From Nibricoccus sp. (GTDB taxonomy: Bacteria; Verrucomicrobiota; Verrucomicrobiia; Opitutales; Opitutaceae), in the NCBI GenBank assembly GCA_047602425.1, contig JASGHG010000001.1, positions 3,360,001 through 3,424,000 of the forward strand: a stretch of 64,000 bases of DNA, in the 5' to 3' direction. This document shows, piece by piece, positions 1 to 9,832 of this stretch; position 1 is the stretch's first letter, and every line of letters starts with the position of its first letter. A program made the position numbers and the translations under genes. The notes below the pieces were generated by a model. The model was not told the DNA's origin. It saw nothing but the letters and a program-made list of their open reading frames with translations, and ran no database searches.

Positions 1-2080
1 CCGGGAAGTCGCTATTCAGACACCAGATGAAAGGTTGCCGCGTGGGATTGTCGCGTTCGCCATCGGACGTCCATTTCGATCCGTAGAGGGTGCCGGCGGT
101 GATTTGGTCGATGAAGTTGAGCAGATCGGGACGATTTTCGGACGGTGCGTATAGTTTCCAGAGAAGGGCGTAGAGCGCGATGCTATGGCCGCATTGCGAC
201 CAACTGGTATACGGCGTGCGGTCGCGCCAGCAACGCACATGTCCCTCCGCGGCCGGCAGCGTGGTTGGCCCTATGAGATGGGTTTGGTAAATACTGGTCA
301 TGCCTTCGGTGAATTCGTAGGGCGCCCAAGGCGCATCGGGGTACGAGCCAATGACGTAGTTGTGCGTAAGGAAGGTGGTTTTCCAAGGCAGGTTGGTGAG
401 GCGAAACGGCGTCCACGGATAGGTTGCAACATTGCCGTCAAAGCCGCTGGTTCCGAAATAAGGCGTCGAATAACTGGGCATGACCACCGCGCTGGCAAGG
501 GCGCCGACATTGCGACACATGGTCCACATGCCGCCGAGTCCGCCACCGTACGGGATTTGACAATGGTGCACCCATTCGGCGAGACGATCGCGAATAAAGT
601 AATCCTCAATGGGCGTGATGCCTCCGGCCTGCTGATCGCTGCGAAACCCGCCCATGAGCACATCGTACGTCACCGCAGCGGAGATCACGAAGTCCACGTC
701 CCAATAACCGCGATACACCGTGTCGCAGGCAGGAATCGCTTGAGAGGCCCAGTACGGCATTTCGATTCCCACGGGCGCATTGCAAAGCGGCGATTCGAGT
801 AGCATCTCCTTCGCGTAGGTGGCGTAGGAGCGCGGCGCGCCGGTGGCAGTGGCAGTCCAGCCGAGCTGCTTTGCCGCAATGGCATTGGTTGCGGCAGGTC
901 CGCCACTGTAAGGCCACACGGTCGAACCCCCGAGCCGGAGGCCGAGGCGTCGCTGGAGGTCCCACGCGATCTGATCATTTTGATTGAGCGAATCGCCACG
1001 ATTTTGCGCGGAAACAAGAAGCCCGGCGTATGGCGCCCGCGTGATGCGTGATTGAAAGGCGGTCCAGCGTGCGTCGCCCCAGAGGCGATTGCCGTGATTC
1101 TCGCCCGCGCCCGGATGAGTTGGGTTCTTGACGATGGTTCTGGTGCGCCGCACGGAGGGCGTGGCCGTGTACCAATATTCGAGGGTATTCGAGCCGTTGT
1201 TGAATTGTGAGCTGAGCAACGTCACCGAGGGCGATCCGACGTCGCTGGCCGCGCCAGAGTTGATGCGATAGCTGATGTTGGCCCCGTAGAGATTGCGCAG
1301 TTCGAAGCTCACCGAACCCGTGCCGGTTTGTATATAGGTTGTTTGATCGTGGATTTTATGCGTCCAGTATGTCCAGGCGGGAGTCGTATAGAATTGTCCG
1401 TCGCCCGAGGCGCGAATCGTGAGGGCAGGGGTCTTAGGATTTACGCAAAGCAGGACATATTTGCCGTCGGAGGCCCAGGCGTCGTCGTAGTTGTTTCCGG
1501 TGGTTTGGTCATCGTCGCCATAACGCAGCACGTGCCATTCATCGCCAACGGAGTCGAGCATGCCACGCCAGTAGAAATTGGCCTTGTCGGTGACGAGGGC
1601 GGTGGGGTGCGCCCCTGTGGTGCCGACCACGGAATGGCCGGTGTCGAAAGTGAGTGAGGCCAGGGTGAACGGGGCGGTATAGGCAGGATAAACGACGTTC
1701 GTGCCAGCGAATCCCACGGTCCAGTTTTTGACGCGCCAGATCTCGTCGACGACGAAGCGGATTTTTCCCTCGTCGCCGGAACTCGGCACTCCATCGAGTC
1801 CATCTGCGCCCACCACCACGCGGCCACGGCCGGACGTCGGGGTGACTTTGCAGTTGGTGGCATTGTGACGCATCGTGATGGTCGTGTCGTCTCGGATCCA
1901 TACCTGCTTCTGATCGAAGATCAGTTTGTCGTGGAAGTAATATTCTTCCTGATACGCGCCGCCTTTGGCGCCGCCCCAAACGACGTCGATGCCGCACTTG
2001 TAATTGGTAAGTTCGTTGTCCTGAGCCGAAACAGCAGAAAGACCTAAGAAAACAAAAAGCAGGAGATAAACGTGGCGCAT
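1..2080 (-). CDS. Large secreted protein, 3' end truncated by the window edge; N-terminal beta-rich region plus a probable alpha/alpha-toroid (polysaccharide-lyase-like) domain
   Basis: Translated by hand from ATG at 2080 (MRHVYLLLFVFLGLSAVSA|QDNELT...). Open for at least 693 codons to position 1; Sec-type signal peptide. Missing from the ORF track because there is no stop in the window. Confidence 0.8.
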   Translation of the reverse strand, partial: MRHVYLLLFVFLGLSAVSAQDNELTNYKCGIDVVWGGAKGGAYQEEYYFHDKLIFDQKQVWIRDDTTITMRHNATNCKVTPTSGRGRVVVGADGLDGVPSSGDEGKIRFVVDEIWRVKNWTVGFAGTNVVYPAYTAPFTLASLTFDTGHSVVGTTGAHPTALVTDKANFYWRGMLDSVGDEWHVLRYGDDDQTTGNNYDDAWASDGKYVLLCVNPKTPALTIRASGDGQFYTTPAWTYWTHKIHDQTTYIQTGTGSVSFELRNLYGANISYRINSGAASDVGSPSVTLLSSQFNNGSNTLEYWYTATPSVRRTRTIVKNPTHPGAGENHGNRLWGDARWTAFQSRITRAPYAGLLVSAQNRGDSLNQNDQIAWDLQRRLGLRLGGSTVWPYSGGPAATNAIAAKQLGWTATATGAPRSYATYAKEMLLESPLCNAPVGIEMPYWASQAIPACDTVYRGYWDVDFVISAAVTYDVLMGGFRSDQQAGGITPIEDYFIRDRLAEWVHHCQIPYGGGLGGMWTMCRNVGALASAVVMPSYSTPYFGTSGFDGNVATYPWTPFRLTNLPWKTTFLTHNYVIGSYPDAPWAPYEFTEGMTSIYQTHLIGPTTLPAAEGHVRCWRDRTPYTSWSQCGHSIALYALLWKLYAPSENRPDLLNFIDQITAGTLYGSKWTSDGERDNPTRQPFIWCLNSDFP

Positions 2081-2331
2081 AGGGGTAATATATTCGCTCA
2101 ACGAAAGGGTGAGATGGGGCTTGCGCGGACGAGACGGGTCGGCGGCTGTTTTAAGGTGCCGCGCTGTTCGGTGCGGTTTCGATCATAATGATCGGTTGGG
2201 CCGGGCGATGACGAAACACTCCAGTCGCCGCTTTTATAGATAATTCAAAAAACACACATTCCGGCAGACGATTTGCAAGTGGGTTTCTCAAGGTGCCCGG
2301 CTACGCGTTGGCAGAGCAATCAATCGCAGAC

Positions 2332-2363
2332 AAAAAAAGACGCCGGCTCAAGGCCGGCGTCTT
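2332..2363 (-). terminator. Intrinsic terminator after sucD
   Basis: Stem GACGCCGGC/GCCGGCGTC followed on the minus strand by a T7 tract. Confidence 0.85.
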
Positions 2364-2388
2364 GGGTGGAAGGAGTTGTTCGTCTGAC

Positions 2389-3312
2389 TTAGCTCAGCTT
2401 GACGTTCTTGGCCTTGGCGGCGCGGATGAGCGCGTCGGCCATGTCGGAAGGCGTGGCGGCGACTTCGATGCCGCATTCCTTGAAGACGGCGATCTTGGCG
2501 GCGGCGGTGTCCTCGGCGCCACCGACAATCGCGCCGGCGTGGCCCATGCGGCGACCGGCAGGAGCGGTGGCGCCAGCGATGAAACCGGCGACGGGCTTCT
2601 TGCAGTTGGCCTTGATCCAGCGCGCGGCTTCGACTTCGGCGCTGCCGCCGATTTCGCCGATCATGATGATGCCATGCGTGTCAGGGTCATCGTTGAACAT
2701 CTTGATGACGTCGATGTGCGAGGTGCCGTTGACCGGATCGCCACCGATGCCGACTGTAGTGCTTTGGCCAATACCTTTGGTCGTGAGCTGGAAGACCGCC
2801 TCGTAGGTGAGGGTGCCGGAGCGCGAGACGACGCCGACGTGGCCCTTTTTGTTGATGTAGCCAGGGGCGATGCCAATGCGGCAGCCACCGTGGGAGTCCT
2901 TGCCTTCGCCGGGGCAAACCATGCCGGGACAGTTCGGGCCGACGAGGCGGGTTTTCTTGCCCTGCATGGAGCGCTTCACGCGGACCATGTCCTTGACCGG
3001 AATGCCTTCGGTGATCGCGACGGCGAGGTCGAGGTTGGCGTCGACGCATTCGAGAATGGCGTCGGCCGCGAATGGCGGTGGGACGAAGATCGCGGAGACC
3101 GTGGCGCCGGTGGCTTTGGCGGCTTCGGCGACGGTGTTGAAGATCGGAACCTTGTGGCTGCCGTGTTCGAAGAACTGGCCGCCTTTGCCGGGCGTGACGC
3201 CGGCGACGACTTTGGTGCCGTAGTCGAGCGAGAGCTTGGCGTGGCGTCCACCGAAGTCACCGGTGATGCCTTGGACGAGGATCTTGGTTTCGGGAGTGAT
3301 GAGAATGGCCAT
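2389..3312 (-). CDS. sucD: Succinyl-CoA synthetase alpha subunit
   Basis: VQGITG, GVTPGKGG, GPNCPG, SRSGTLTYE and RRMGHAGA (phospho-His) motifs. Confidence 0.98.
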   Translation of the reverse strand: MAILITPETKILVQGITGDFGGRHAKLSLDYGTKVVAGVTPGKGGQFFEHGSHKVPIFNTVAEAAKATGATVSAIFVPPPFAADAILECVDANLDLAVAITEGIPVKDMVRVKRSMQGKKTRLVGPNCPGMVCPGEGKDSHGGCRIGIAPGYINKKGHVGVVSRSGTLTYEAVFQLTTKGIGQSTTVGIGGDPVNGTSHIDVIKMFNDDPDTHGIIMIGEIGGSAEVEAARWIKANCKKPVAGFIAGATAPAGRRMGHAGAIVGGAEDTAAAKIAVFKECGIEVAATPSDMADALIRAAKAKNVKLS

Positions 3313-3340
3313 GGTGATAAGGAGTTGATCGGTTAATGGC

Positions 3341-4540
3341 TCAGAGGGGCGTGGCGTGGTTGTTGACCAAGTTCACGATTTTCTGGGCGGCATCAGCCAT
3401 GGAGTCGCCTGAAGTGATGGTGAGGCCGGAGTCGGCGAGAGTTTTCTTGCCGGCGACGACGTTGTTGCCTTCGAGCCGGACGACGAGCGGGAGCTTGAGA
3501 CCGACTTCCTTCACGGCTTCGACGATGCCGGTGGCGATCACGTTGCAGTCCATGATGCCGCCGAAGATGTTGACGAAAATGCCCTTCACGTTCGGGTCGC
3601 CGAGAATGATTTTAAACGCTGCGACAACTTGGTCCTTCGAAGCGCCGCCGCCGACGTCGAGGAAGTTGGCGGGGTTGCCGCCGAAGTGTTTGATGATGTC
3701 CATCGTGCTCATCGCGAGACCGGCGCCGTTGACGAGACAGGCGATATTACCATCGAGCGCAATGTAGGAGAGGTTGAACTTCGAGGCTTCGATTTCCTTC
3801 GAGTCTTCCTCGTTGAGATCGCGGAGGGCGACGATGTCCGAGTGACGGAAGAGGGCGTTGTCATCGAACGACACTTTGGCGTCGAGAGCTTCGACGAGGT
3901 CGCCTTCGGTGGTGATGAGCGGGTTGATCTCGACCATCGATGCGTCGGTTTCCCAGAACATCGTGTAGAGGTTGCGGATCAATTTGGCGGCATTCTTTTG
4001 TTCGGTCGGGTTGAACTTCAGGCCGAAGAGAAGCTGGCGCACTTGATAATCGGCGAGGCCGTAGGCCGGATCGATGAAGACCTTGGTGATCTTCTCAGGG
4101 GTCTCGTGGGCAACCTTTTCGATTTCCACGCCGCCTTCCGTCGAAGCGACGATGACCGGACGCGAAGTGGCGCGGTCGAGGAGGATGGCGAGGTAGTACT
4201 CCTTCTTGATGCTGACACCCGTGGTGAAGAAGATGGTTTGGACCTTGCGACCGGCAGGGCCGGTTTGCACAGTGACGAGGGTGTTACCGAGCATCTTGCC
4301 AGCGGTAATTTTGGCTTCGGCCTTGGACTTGCAGACCTTGACGCCGCCTTTAAAGCCGTCGGTGAAAGTGCCCTTGCCGCGGCCGCCCGCGTGTATTTGG
4401 GACTTCACTACGATGACTCCGTCGGGAAGTTTGGCCAGGGCCGAGTCGATCTCGTCCACTGATTTAACCGCGACGCCCTTCGATGTATAAACACCGAATT
4501 TCTCAAAGAGCGTCTTTGCCTGATACTCGTGAATGTTCAT
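3341..4540 (-). CDS. sucC: Succinyl-CoA synthetase beta subunit
   Basis: Starts [28 protein letters not shown] and NFLDVGGGA motifs. Confidence 0.98.
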   Translation of the reverse strand: MNIHEYQAKTLFEKFGVYTSKGVAVKSVDEIDSALAKLPDGVIVVKSQIHAGGRGKGTFTDGFKGGVKVCKSKAEAKITAGKMLGNTLVTVQTGPAGRKVQTIFFTTGVSIKKEYYLAILLDRATSRPVIVASTEGGVEIEKVAHETPEKITKVFIDPAYGLADYQVRQLLFGLKFNPTEQKNAAKLIRNLYTMFWETDASMVEINPLITTEGDLVEALDAKVSFDDNALFRHSDIVALRDLNEEDSKEIEASKFNLSYIALDGNIACLVNGAGLAMSTMDIIKHFGGNPANFLDVGGGASKDQVVAAFKIILGDPNVKGIFVNIFGGIMDCNVIATGIVEAVKEVGLKLPLVVRLEGNNVVAGKKTLADSGLTITSGDSMADAAQKIVNLVNNHATPL

Positions 4541-4681
4541 GGAAAAAAACGAGTCTGCCATAGGCCGGGCGGGCAAGGCACGCTTAAAAACCGGATTCGT
4601 GTCCTCGCTAATACGAGGATTTAATAGTTATTCGGCGTGGAATAAAATCGCATAATGTCCGCTGATAATTAAGCAGAGAAC

Positions 4682-5170
4682 ATGCAATCCCATGAGTTGC
4701 TGAAGGAAGTGTTTAAAAAAACGAGCGCGAAGCAGATCGCCGCCGATATGGCGTTGTCGCTTTCGCTCATCTACAAGTGGACGGAGGTGCCGGAGGACGA
4801 AAGCGGGCACGGCGCGAATAATCCGCTGGATCGTATCGACCAGCTGCTGCGCATCACAGGCGACAAACGCATCGCGCAATGGGTCTGCGAACGTGCAGGT
4901 GGATTTTTTATCACCAATCCCGAAGCCGTGCCGCACACGCACGCGTTGATTCCCGCGACAAATTCCATCGTGCAGGAATTCGCCGACATGCTGCAGGTCA
5001 TCGCGAGCGCCGCCGCCGATCAGGAAGTTTCGGCGGTCGAGGCGAAGACGATTCGCGCGCGTTGGGAGGAGTTGAAATCGGTGACGGAAGGCTTCGTTCA
5101 TGCCGCCGAGCAAGGGAAGTTTGGCGATTTAAAGCGCGAACTTGAGCACCGCTCGCGGCCTGCGACATGA
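4682..5170 (+). CDS. Phage regulatory protein CII (CP76/YmfL)-like putative DNA-binding protein
   Basis: N-terminal HTH-like segment (SAKQIAADMALSLSLIYKW), NPLDRI..LL..TGD, and helical C-terminus (EFADML...AAAD..VS..E...IR..WEELK). Confidence 0.6.
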   Translation: MQSHELLKEVFKKTSAKQIAADMALSLSLIYKWTEVPEDESGHGANNPLDRIDQLLRITGDKRIAQWVCERAGGFFITNPEAVPHTHALIPATNSIVQEFADMLQVIASAAADQEVSAVEAKTIRARWEELKSVTEGFVHAAEQGKFGDLKRELEHRSRPAT

Positions 5171-5355
5171 AAAATTTTAATGCCAGCGGGTCCTCAATGC
5201 GCGCTGGTTGTATCCTTTAGACCGATACGCGTTTTCCTAGGAAAAATGCGCCGGATTTCACCGGGCCTCGACGCGGGCGGCGAACGCGGACTTTAAGCGC
5301 TTAAGGGCGTTTTGTGTGGTTTGGCATGGGAGAAATTCCGAGGCGGCGCGGGGGC

Positions 5356-5371
5356 TGGCAAGCAACCTGCT
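5356..5371 (+). promoter_or_regulatory. Putative sigma54 -24/-12 promoter of the porin-urt-ure operon
   Basis: TGGCAAGCAACCTGCT has exact GG-N10-GC spacing, 75 nt before the porin ATG, upstream of nitrogen-scavenging genes. Confidence 0.55.
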
Positions 5372-5446
5372 CTAGCAATGTCGTTCATGGCTGCGGCGCC
5401 CCGCCGCGTCATGGCCAGCAAAAATCAAACTACATCACACAAGACC

Positions 5447-6511
5447 ATGACCAAACGCATCACCCAAATGGCAAGCGTGGCCGCGCTTTCACTTGTCGCG
5501 ACCGCCACCTCCTTCGCCGACGTCAAGCTTAACGACAACATCTCCCTGAGCGGATACGTTGTCGGTCTCGCAGATTCGAAATCAATCGATAAAACCGAAA
5601 ATGTATCCGGCTTGGACATACAAGCCACCAAGCTCGCCACCAAGGTCAACTTTGCACCGGTCAGCGGCACGGTGAGCCTCTTTGCGGGTTCCGATAACAA
5701 AGTCGCCGTGCTCGACGCCTATGCAACCTACGACCTGGGCGGTGGCACTTCCGTAACCGGCGGCAAATTCCTGAGCTGGCTTGGTTATGAGGCGTTTGAT
5801 CCGGTCAATATGATCAATATTACCTATGCCTGGTCCACCGATGCGCTCGGCGCTTTTCCCGGCATCCCCGGCTATCACACGGGCGTGAAAGTTGAATACA
5901 GCACCGACACGATGGGCGCCGGTTTGGCCGTCGTGGATTCGAACGACTCCAACTTCTTCACCGACGTCAAGAAGGGCGACGGCGATCTCGACAACGGAGC
6001 CGGCCTCGAAGGTTACTACACCTACAAGGGCAAGGCCCTCACGGTCTTCCTCGGCGCCGCGTACAACAGCGCCGAAACCGAACCTGGCTCAACCTACTAC
6101 GTGAGCCCCGCCGACACCGGCTTCAAGAGCTACAGCGGCGATATTTGGGTGCAATACGTGGTTGGTCAGTTGACCATCGCTGGTGAATATTCGCTCTACA
6201 AGGCCAAGTTCGATCCGATCCCCGGCACTCCTCCGATTCAGGTCAAGGATCTGAAGACGTACTTCGCCGGTGTTTGGGTCAAGTATGCGGTTTCGGATAA
6301 ATTCGCCCTCGTGGGCCGCGTTTCCACCGGCAAGACCAATCTCTACGGCGCGGCTGACAAGCCCACCTACGTGAAGTACACCTTCTCTCCGGTTCTGACC
6401 GTCACGGGCAACTTGGAGATCTGCGGCGAAGCCAGCTACACGACCTACGACAAGATCGATCCGATCGATTCGAGCACGTACTTCGGCGTCCAGGCCCGCT
6501 TCAAGTTCTAA
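5447..6511 (+). CDS. Outer-membrane beta-barrel porin (putative urea/amide channel)
   Basis: Signal peptide [38 protein letters not shown] motif, alternating beta-strands, C-terminal ...GVQARFKF. Confidence 0.8.
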   Translation: MTKRITQMASVAALSLVATATSFADVKLNDNISLSGYVVGLADSKSIDKTENVSGLDIQATKLATKVNFAPVSGTVSLFAGSDNKVAVLDAYATYDLGGGTSVTGGKFLSWLGYEAFDPVNMINITYAWSTDALGAFPGIPGYHTGVKVEYSTDTMGAGLAVVDSNDSNFFTDVKKGDGDLDNGAGLEGYYTYKGKALTVFLGAAYNSAETEPGSTYYVSPADTGFKSYSGDIWVQYVVGQLTIAGEYSLYKAKFDPIPGTPPIQVKDLKTYFAGVWVKYAVSDKFALVGRVSTGKTNLYGAADKPTYVKYTFSPVLTVTGNLEICGEASYTTYDKIDPIDSSTYFGVQARFKF

Positions 6512-6660
6512 GCGCGCCGACCCCTTATCCGCGCCGTTGTAGTCAAAACTCCGATACAGCGGAGCCATGGTGCAACGGCGCGTCTTTAAAACTTTTGCAG
6601 GCCGAGGCCTGTTCGCCCGGCCTGCTTCTCACCCGCATCCCCCTGCAGCATCTGAACAAA

Positions 6661-7929
6661 ATGATCACAAAAGCATTCAAGCTCCTGTCCGCCGGCGCGC
6701 TCGCGCTCGGCTTGTTCGCCTCCTCACAAGCCGCCGAAAAAACCGTCAAAGTCGGCGTGCTCCACTCACTCTCCGGCACCATGGCGATCAGTGAAACATC
6801 GCTGCGCGATGTGTTGCTCTTCACCTTCGACGAGATCAACGCCGCCGGTGGTATCAAGGTCGGCGGCGACACGTACAAAATCGTCCCGGTTGTCGTGGAC
6901 GGTGCGTCCAACTGGCCGCTGTTCCGCGAAAAAGCCGAACAACTTCTCAACGTCGACAAGGTTTCGGTGACTTTCGGTTGCTGGACTTCCGTTTCGCGCA
7001 AATCCGTTTTGCCCGCCTACGAAAAAGCCAACGGCCTGCTCTTCTATCCCGTGCAATACGAGGGTGAGGAAGAGTCGCCGAACGTTTGCTACACTGCCGA
7101 GGCCGTCAATCAGCAGGCCACTCCCGCGGTCGACTACTATCTCGCCGAGGGCAAAAAGAAATTCTATCTGCTCGGCTCCGACTACGTTTATCCGCAAACC
7201 ACCAACCTTGTTCTTCTCGAGTATCTCCTTTCCAAAGGCGTTCCGCTCGAAAATATCGGCGGCGGTTTCCGCAAGGACGAATCCGGCAAGATCATCTCGG
7301 CTGGCAAATACACGCCCTTCGGCCACACGGACTATCAGCAGATCGTTGCCGATATTAAACAGTTCGCCGCTTCTGGTGACGCCTGTGTGATCTCCACGCT
7401 CAACGGCGACACCAACGTTCCTTTCTTCAAGGAATATGCTGCATCCGGCCTCACCGCCGAAACCTGCCCGGTCGTTTCGTTCTCGATTTCCGAGGATGAA
7501 TTCCGCGGTCTTCCCGCGGACAAACTCGTCGGACAGCTCGGTTGCTGGACTTACTTCCAGTCGCTCGCCACCCCGGCCAACAAAAAATTCGTCGCCAGTT
7601 TCCAAGCCTGGCTGAAAAAGAGCACGGTGCCGGGCATCGTGAAGGAAGGCCGTGTCACTTGCTCGCCGATGGTGTTGAGCTACGACGGCGTTTACCTCTG
7701 GAAGGCTTGCGTTGAGAAAGCGGGCACCTTCGATGTCGACGCCGTTCGCGCCGCGTGGAAAGCCGGCGTCTCATTCGCCGGTCCCGGCGGCACGGTCACC
7801 ACGCAGAAAAACATGCATCTGACCAAGAACGTCTACATCGGCGAAACCAAAGCCGACGGTCAGTTCAAAATCCTCAAGTCCTTCGACAACGTTTACGGCG
7901 AACCCTGGCTCAAGGGTAAATTCAAGTAA
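6661..7929 (+). CDS. urtA: Urea ABC transporter substrate-binding protein
   Basis: [39 protein letters not shown] and GSDYVYP motifs. Confidence 0.92.
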   Translation: MITKAFKLLSAGALALGLFASSQAAEKTVKVGVLHSLSGTMAISETSLRDVLLFTFDEINAAGGIKVGGDTYKIVPVVVDGASNWPLFREKAEQLLNVDKVSVTFGCWTSVSRKSVLPAYEKANGLLFYPVQYEGEEESPNVCYTAEAVNQQATPAVDYYLAEGKKKFYLLGSDYVYPQTTNLVLLEYLLSKGVPLENIGGGFRKDESGKIISAGKYTPFGHTDYQQIVADIKQFAASGDACVISTLNGDTNVPFFKEYAASGLTAETCPVVSFSISEDEFRGLPADKLVGQLGCWTYFQSLATPANKKFVASFQAWLKKSTVPGIVKEGRVTCSPMVLSYDGVYLWKACVEKAGTFDVDAVRAAWKAGVSFAGPGGTVTTQKNMHLTKNVYIGETKADGQFKILKSFDNVYGEPWLKGKFK

Positions 7930-7972
7930 TTAGCCGAACAACTCCCTAGAGACTTTTTGTAGTGTGTTTCTC

Positions 7973-8011
7973 CAGGAGGGGTGGACCCCCGTTAAGGTTC
8001 CATCCCTCCTG
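7973..8011 (+). other. Intercistronic stem-loop between urtA and urtB
   Basis: CAGGAGGGGTGGA...TTCCATCCCTCCTG inverted repeat; typical position for an mRNA-stabilising or attenuating hairpin after a binding-protein gene. Confidence 0.55.
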
Positions 8012-8059
8012 TTTGGTTTAAAACTGTATTTAAAAAATTCATACCACGTGATTTACCCC

Positions 8060-9829
8060 GTGCGCCAGTTTCTCAAGGTCTTGGTTAGCTTCCTGGTTTT
8101 TTCGACCGCCATAGCGGCTGAAACACCACGCGAGACGATTCAGCGTGCCATTCTCGCGCCCGACGACGCTGCGCGCCGCGAATTGATTCTTTCCCTGGTA
8201 GGACAGGGCGACGAGGCCATCGAACCCTTGCTCAACGCCTGGCGCAAAGACGCGCTTCACTTTTACACTGCGCCTGATGGAACGCGAATTCCGATCCAAC
8301 TCACAGGTGAAAAAGACGACGCGGGCACGCAGGAGGCCTTGCGAGTGGCCGATGGCAAAATTCTGACCGGGACGGACGGCAAACCGCTTCGTCTCCCGGC
8401 GACAGAATTACCGGCGGTCGAACATGACTCCGCGCTTCGCCGCGCAATGAAGGCGGTTCTCGATCTGATCGATCTCGGCGCGGCTGATCCGGCGAAGCGC
8501 ATCAAGGCGATCCAAACCATCGGCCAGGCCCAGGACGTTTCAAAACTCCCGGCTTTGCATGCCCGTGCCAAGCTTGAGACGGACTCCAACGTTCAGCGCT
8601 TTCTCCGCGAAGCCATCAATTTGATCCAATTGAAAGATCCAAAGACCGAGGTGAAGGTCGCCGCCATTGCCGAACTTCGCCAGCTGCATACCTTGAGCAG
8701 CACGGATTTCCTCAATCGGACGCTCAAAGAAGCCGAGGCCTCCGGTAACAATGAAGTCGCCCGGGCGGCGCGGCTGGCCCTTATGGCGGTCGAGGAACAC
8801 CGAAGCGTGGTGAATTTTTGCGGCACGCTGTTCCGCGGCGTCAGCGCAGGGAGCATTCTGCTCGTGCTCGCCGTGGGCTTGGCGATTACCTTTGGTTTGA
8901 TGGGCGTGATCAACATGGCCCACGGAGAGATGGTCGCGGTGGGAGCGTACACGACCTATCTCGTGCAGAATTTCTTCGGCGACGGCATCACCATTCCCGC
9001 TTTCGGCCTGAGCCTGACCATCCCGGGACTTCATCTCACGGGCGCGGCCTACAACGCTTATTTTGTCGCCGCGCTTCCGCTCAGTTTCCTTGCCGCGGCG
9101 CTGGTCGGCATCGGCTTGGAGCGATCGATTGTTCAGTTCCTCTATCGTCGTCCGCTCGAAAGCCTGTTGGCGACGTGGGGCGTGTCGCAGGTGTTGCAGC
9201 AGGTGTTCCGCCTGATGTTTGGTCCCAACAACGTCAACGTTTCGAGCCCCTCGTTTTTGAGCGGCAGTTATACGGTCAACGACATCGATTTTGCATGGAA
9301 GCGGCTGTTCGTGATTGGATTTGGGATTTTGATCATTGTGGGCATTTCGCTCGTGATGAAAAAGACCTCGCTCGGCCTGCTCATGCGCGCGGTCACACAA
9401 AACCGAACCATGGCCTCCTGCATGGGCGTGCGCACCAGCCGAGTGAACATGATGACGTTCGCATTGGGCAGCGGCCTCGCGGGACTCGCCGGCGCCTTCA
9501 TCAGCCAGATTGACAATGTGGGCCCTGCGCTTGGCCAGACCTACATCGTGGAATCTTTCATGGTGGTGGTGCTCGGTGGTGTAGGCAGCTTGGGCGGCAC
9601 CGTCGTGAGCGCCGTGGGCATTGGCAGCGTCGACAATCTTTTTCAGCAGTACGTGCCGACTTGGGCGCCGGGCCTCGCAGGTGTGCCGTACATCGGCAAC
9701 TTTCTGCAGAACCTCGGTCAGGACTCGGCGGTATTCGGAAAAATCTTTGTCCTTGCCGGTATCATCTTGTTCCTGCAATGGCGGCCCGCCGGCCTGTTCG
9801 TCACCCGCAACCGCAGTCTGGAAGGCTGA
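8060..9829 (+). CDS. urtB: Urea ABC transporter permease with N-terminal periplasmic helical domain (GTG start uncertain, 8048 or 8060)
   Basis: GLAITFGLMGVINMAHGE, LYRRPLESLLATWG and FLQWRPAGLF motifs. Confidence 0.92.
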   Translation: MRQFLKVLVSFLVFSTAIAAETPRETIQRAILAPDDAARRELILSLVGQGDEAIEPLLNAWRKDALHFYTAPDGTRIPIQLTGEKDDAGTQEALRVADGKILTGTDGKPLRLPATELPAVEHDSALRRAMKAVLDLIDLGAADPAKRIKAIQTIGQAQDVSKLPALHARAKLETDSNVQRFLREAINLIQLKDPKTEVKVAAIAELRQLHTLSSTDFLNRTLKEAEASGNNEVARAARLALMAVEEHRSVVNFCGTLFRGVSAGSILLVLAVGLAITFGLMGVINMAHGEMVAVGAYTTYLVQNFFGDGITIPAFGLSLTIPGLHLTGAAYNAYFVAALPLSFLAAALVGIGLERSIVQFLYRRPLESLLATWGVSQVLQQVFRLMFGPNNVNVSSPSFLSGSYTVNDIDFAWKRLFVIGFGILIIVGISLVMKKTSLGLLMRAVTQNRTMASCMGVRTSRVNMMTFALGSGLAGLAGAFISQIDNVGPALGQTYIVESFMVVVLGGVGSLGGTVVSAVGIGSVDNLFQQYVPTWAPGLAGVPYIGNFLQNLGQDSAVFGKIFVLAGIILFLQWRPAGLFVTRNRSLEG

Positions 9830-9832
9830 CGC

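Noticed and set aside
4682..5170. Prophage remnant
   Set aside because: Single CII-like gene among housekeeping genes; no integrase, structural genes or att repeats.
5372..5446. Possible guanidine or other riboswitch ahead of the transporter operon
   Set aside because: Only a short GC hairpin; no guanidine-I/II/III consensus recognised, and the genes are urt/urease rather than urea carboxylase.
6571..6582. ANTAR-like hexaloop hairpins (TGC-AACGGC-GCG before urtA; AGC-AATGTC-GTT at 5374-5385)
   Set aside because: ANTAR targets need two tandem hairpins. Each is single, and the second overlaps the predicted sigma54 start site.
8060..8810. N-terminal helical extension of UrtB as a novelty
   Set aside because: Long UrtB forms with a periplasmic N-terminal domain are already known.
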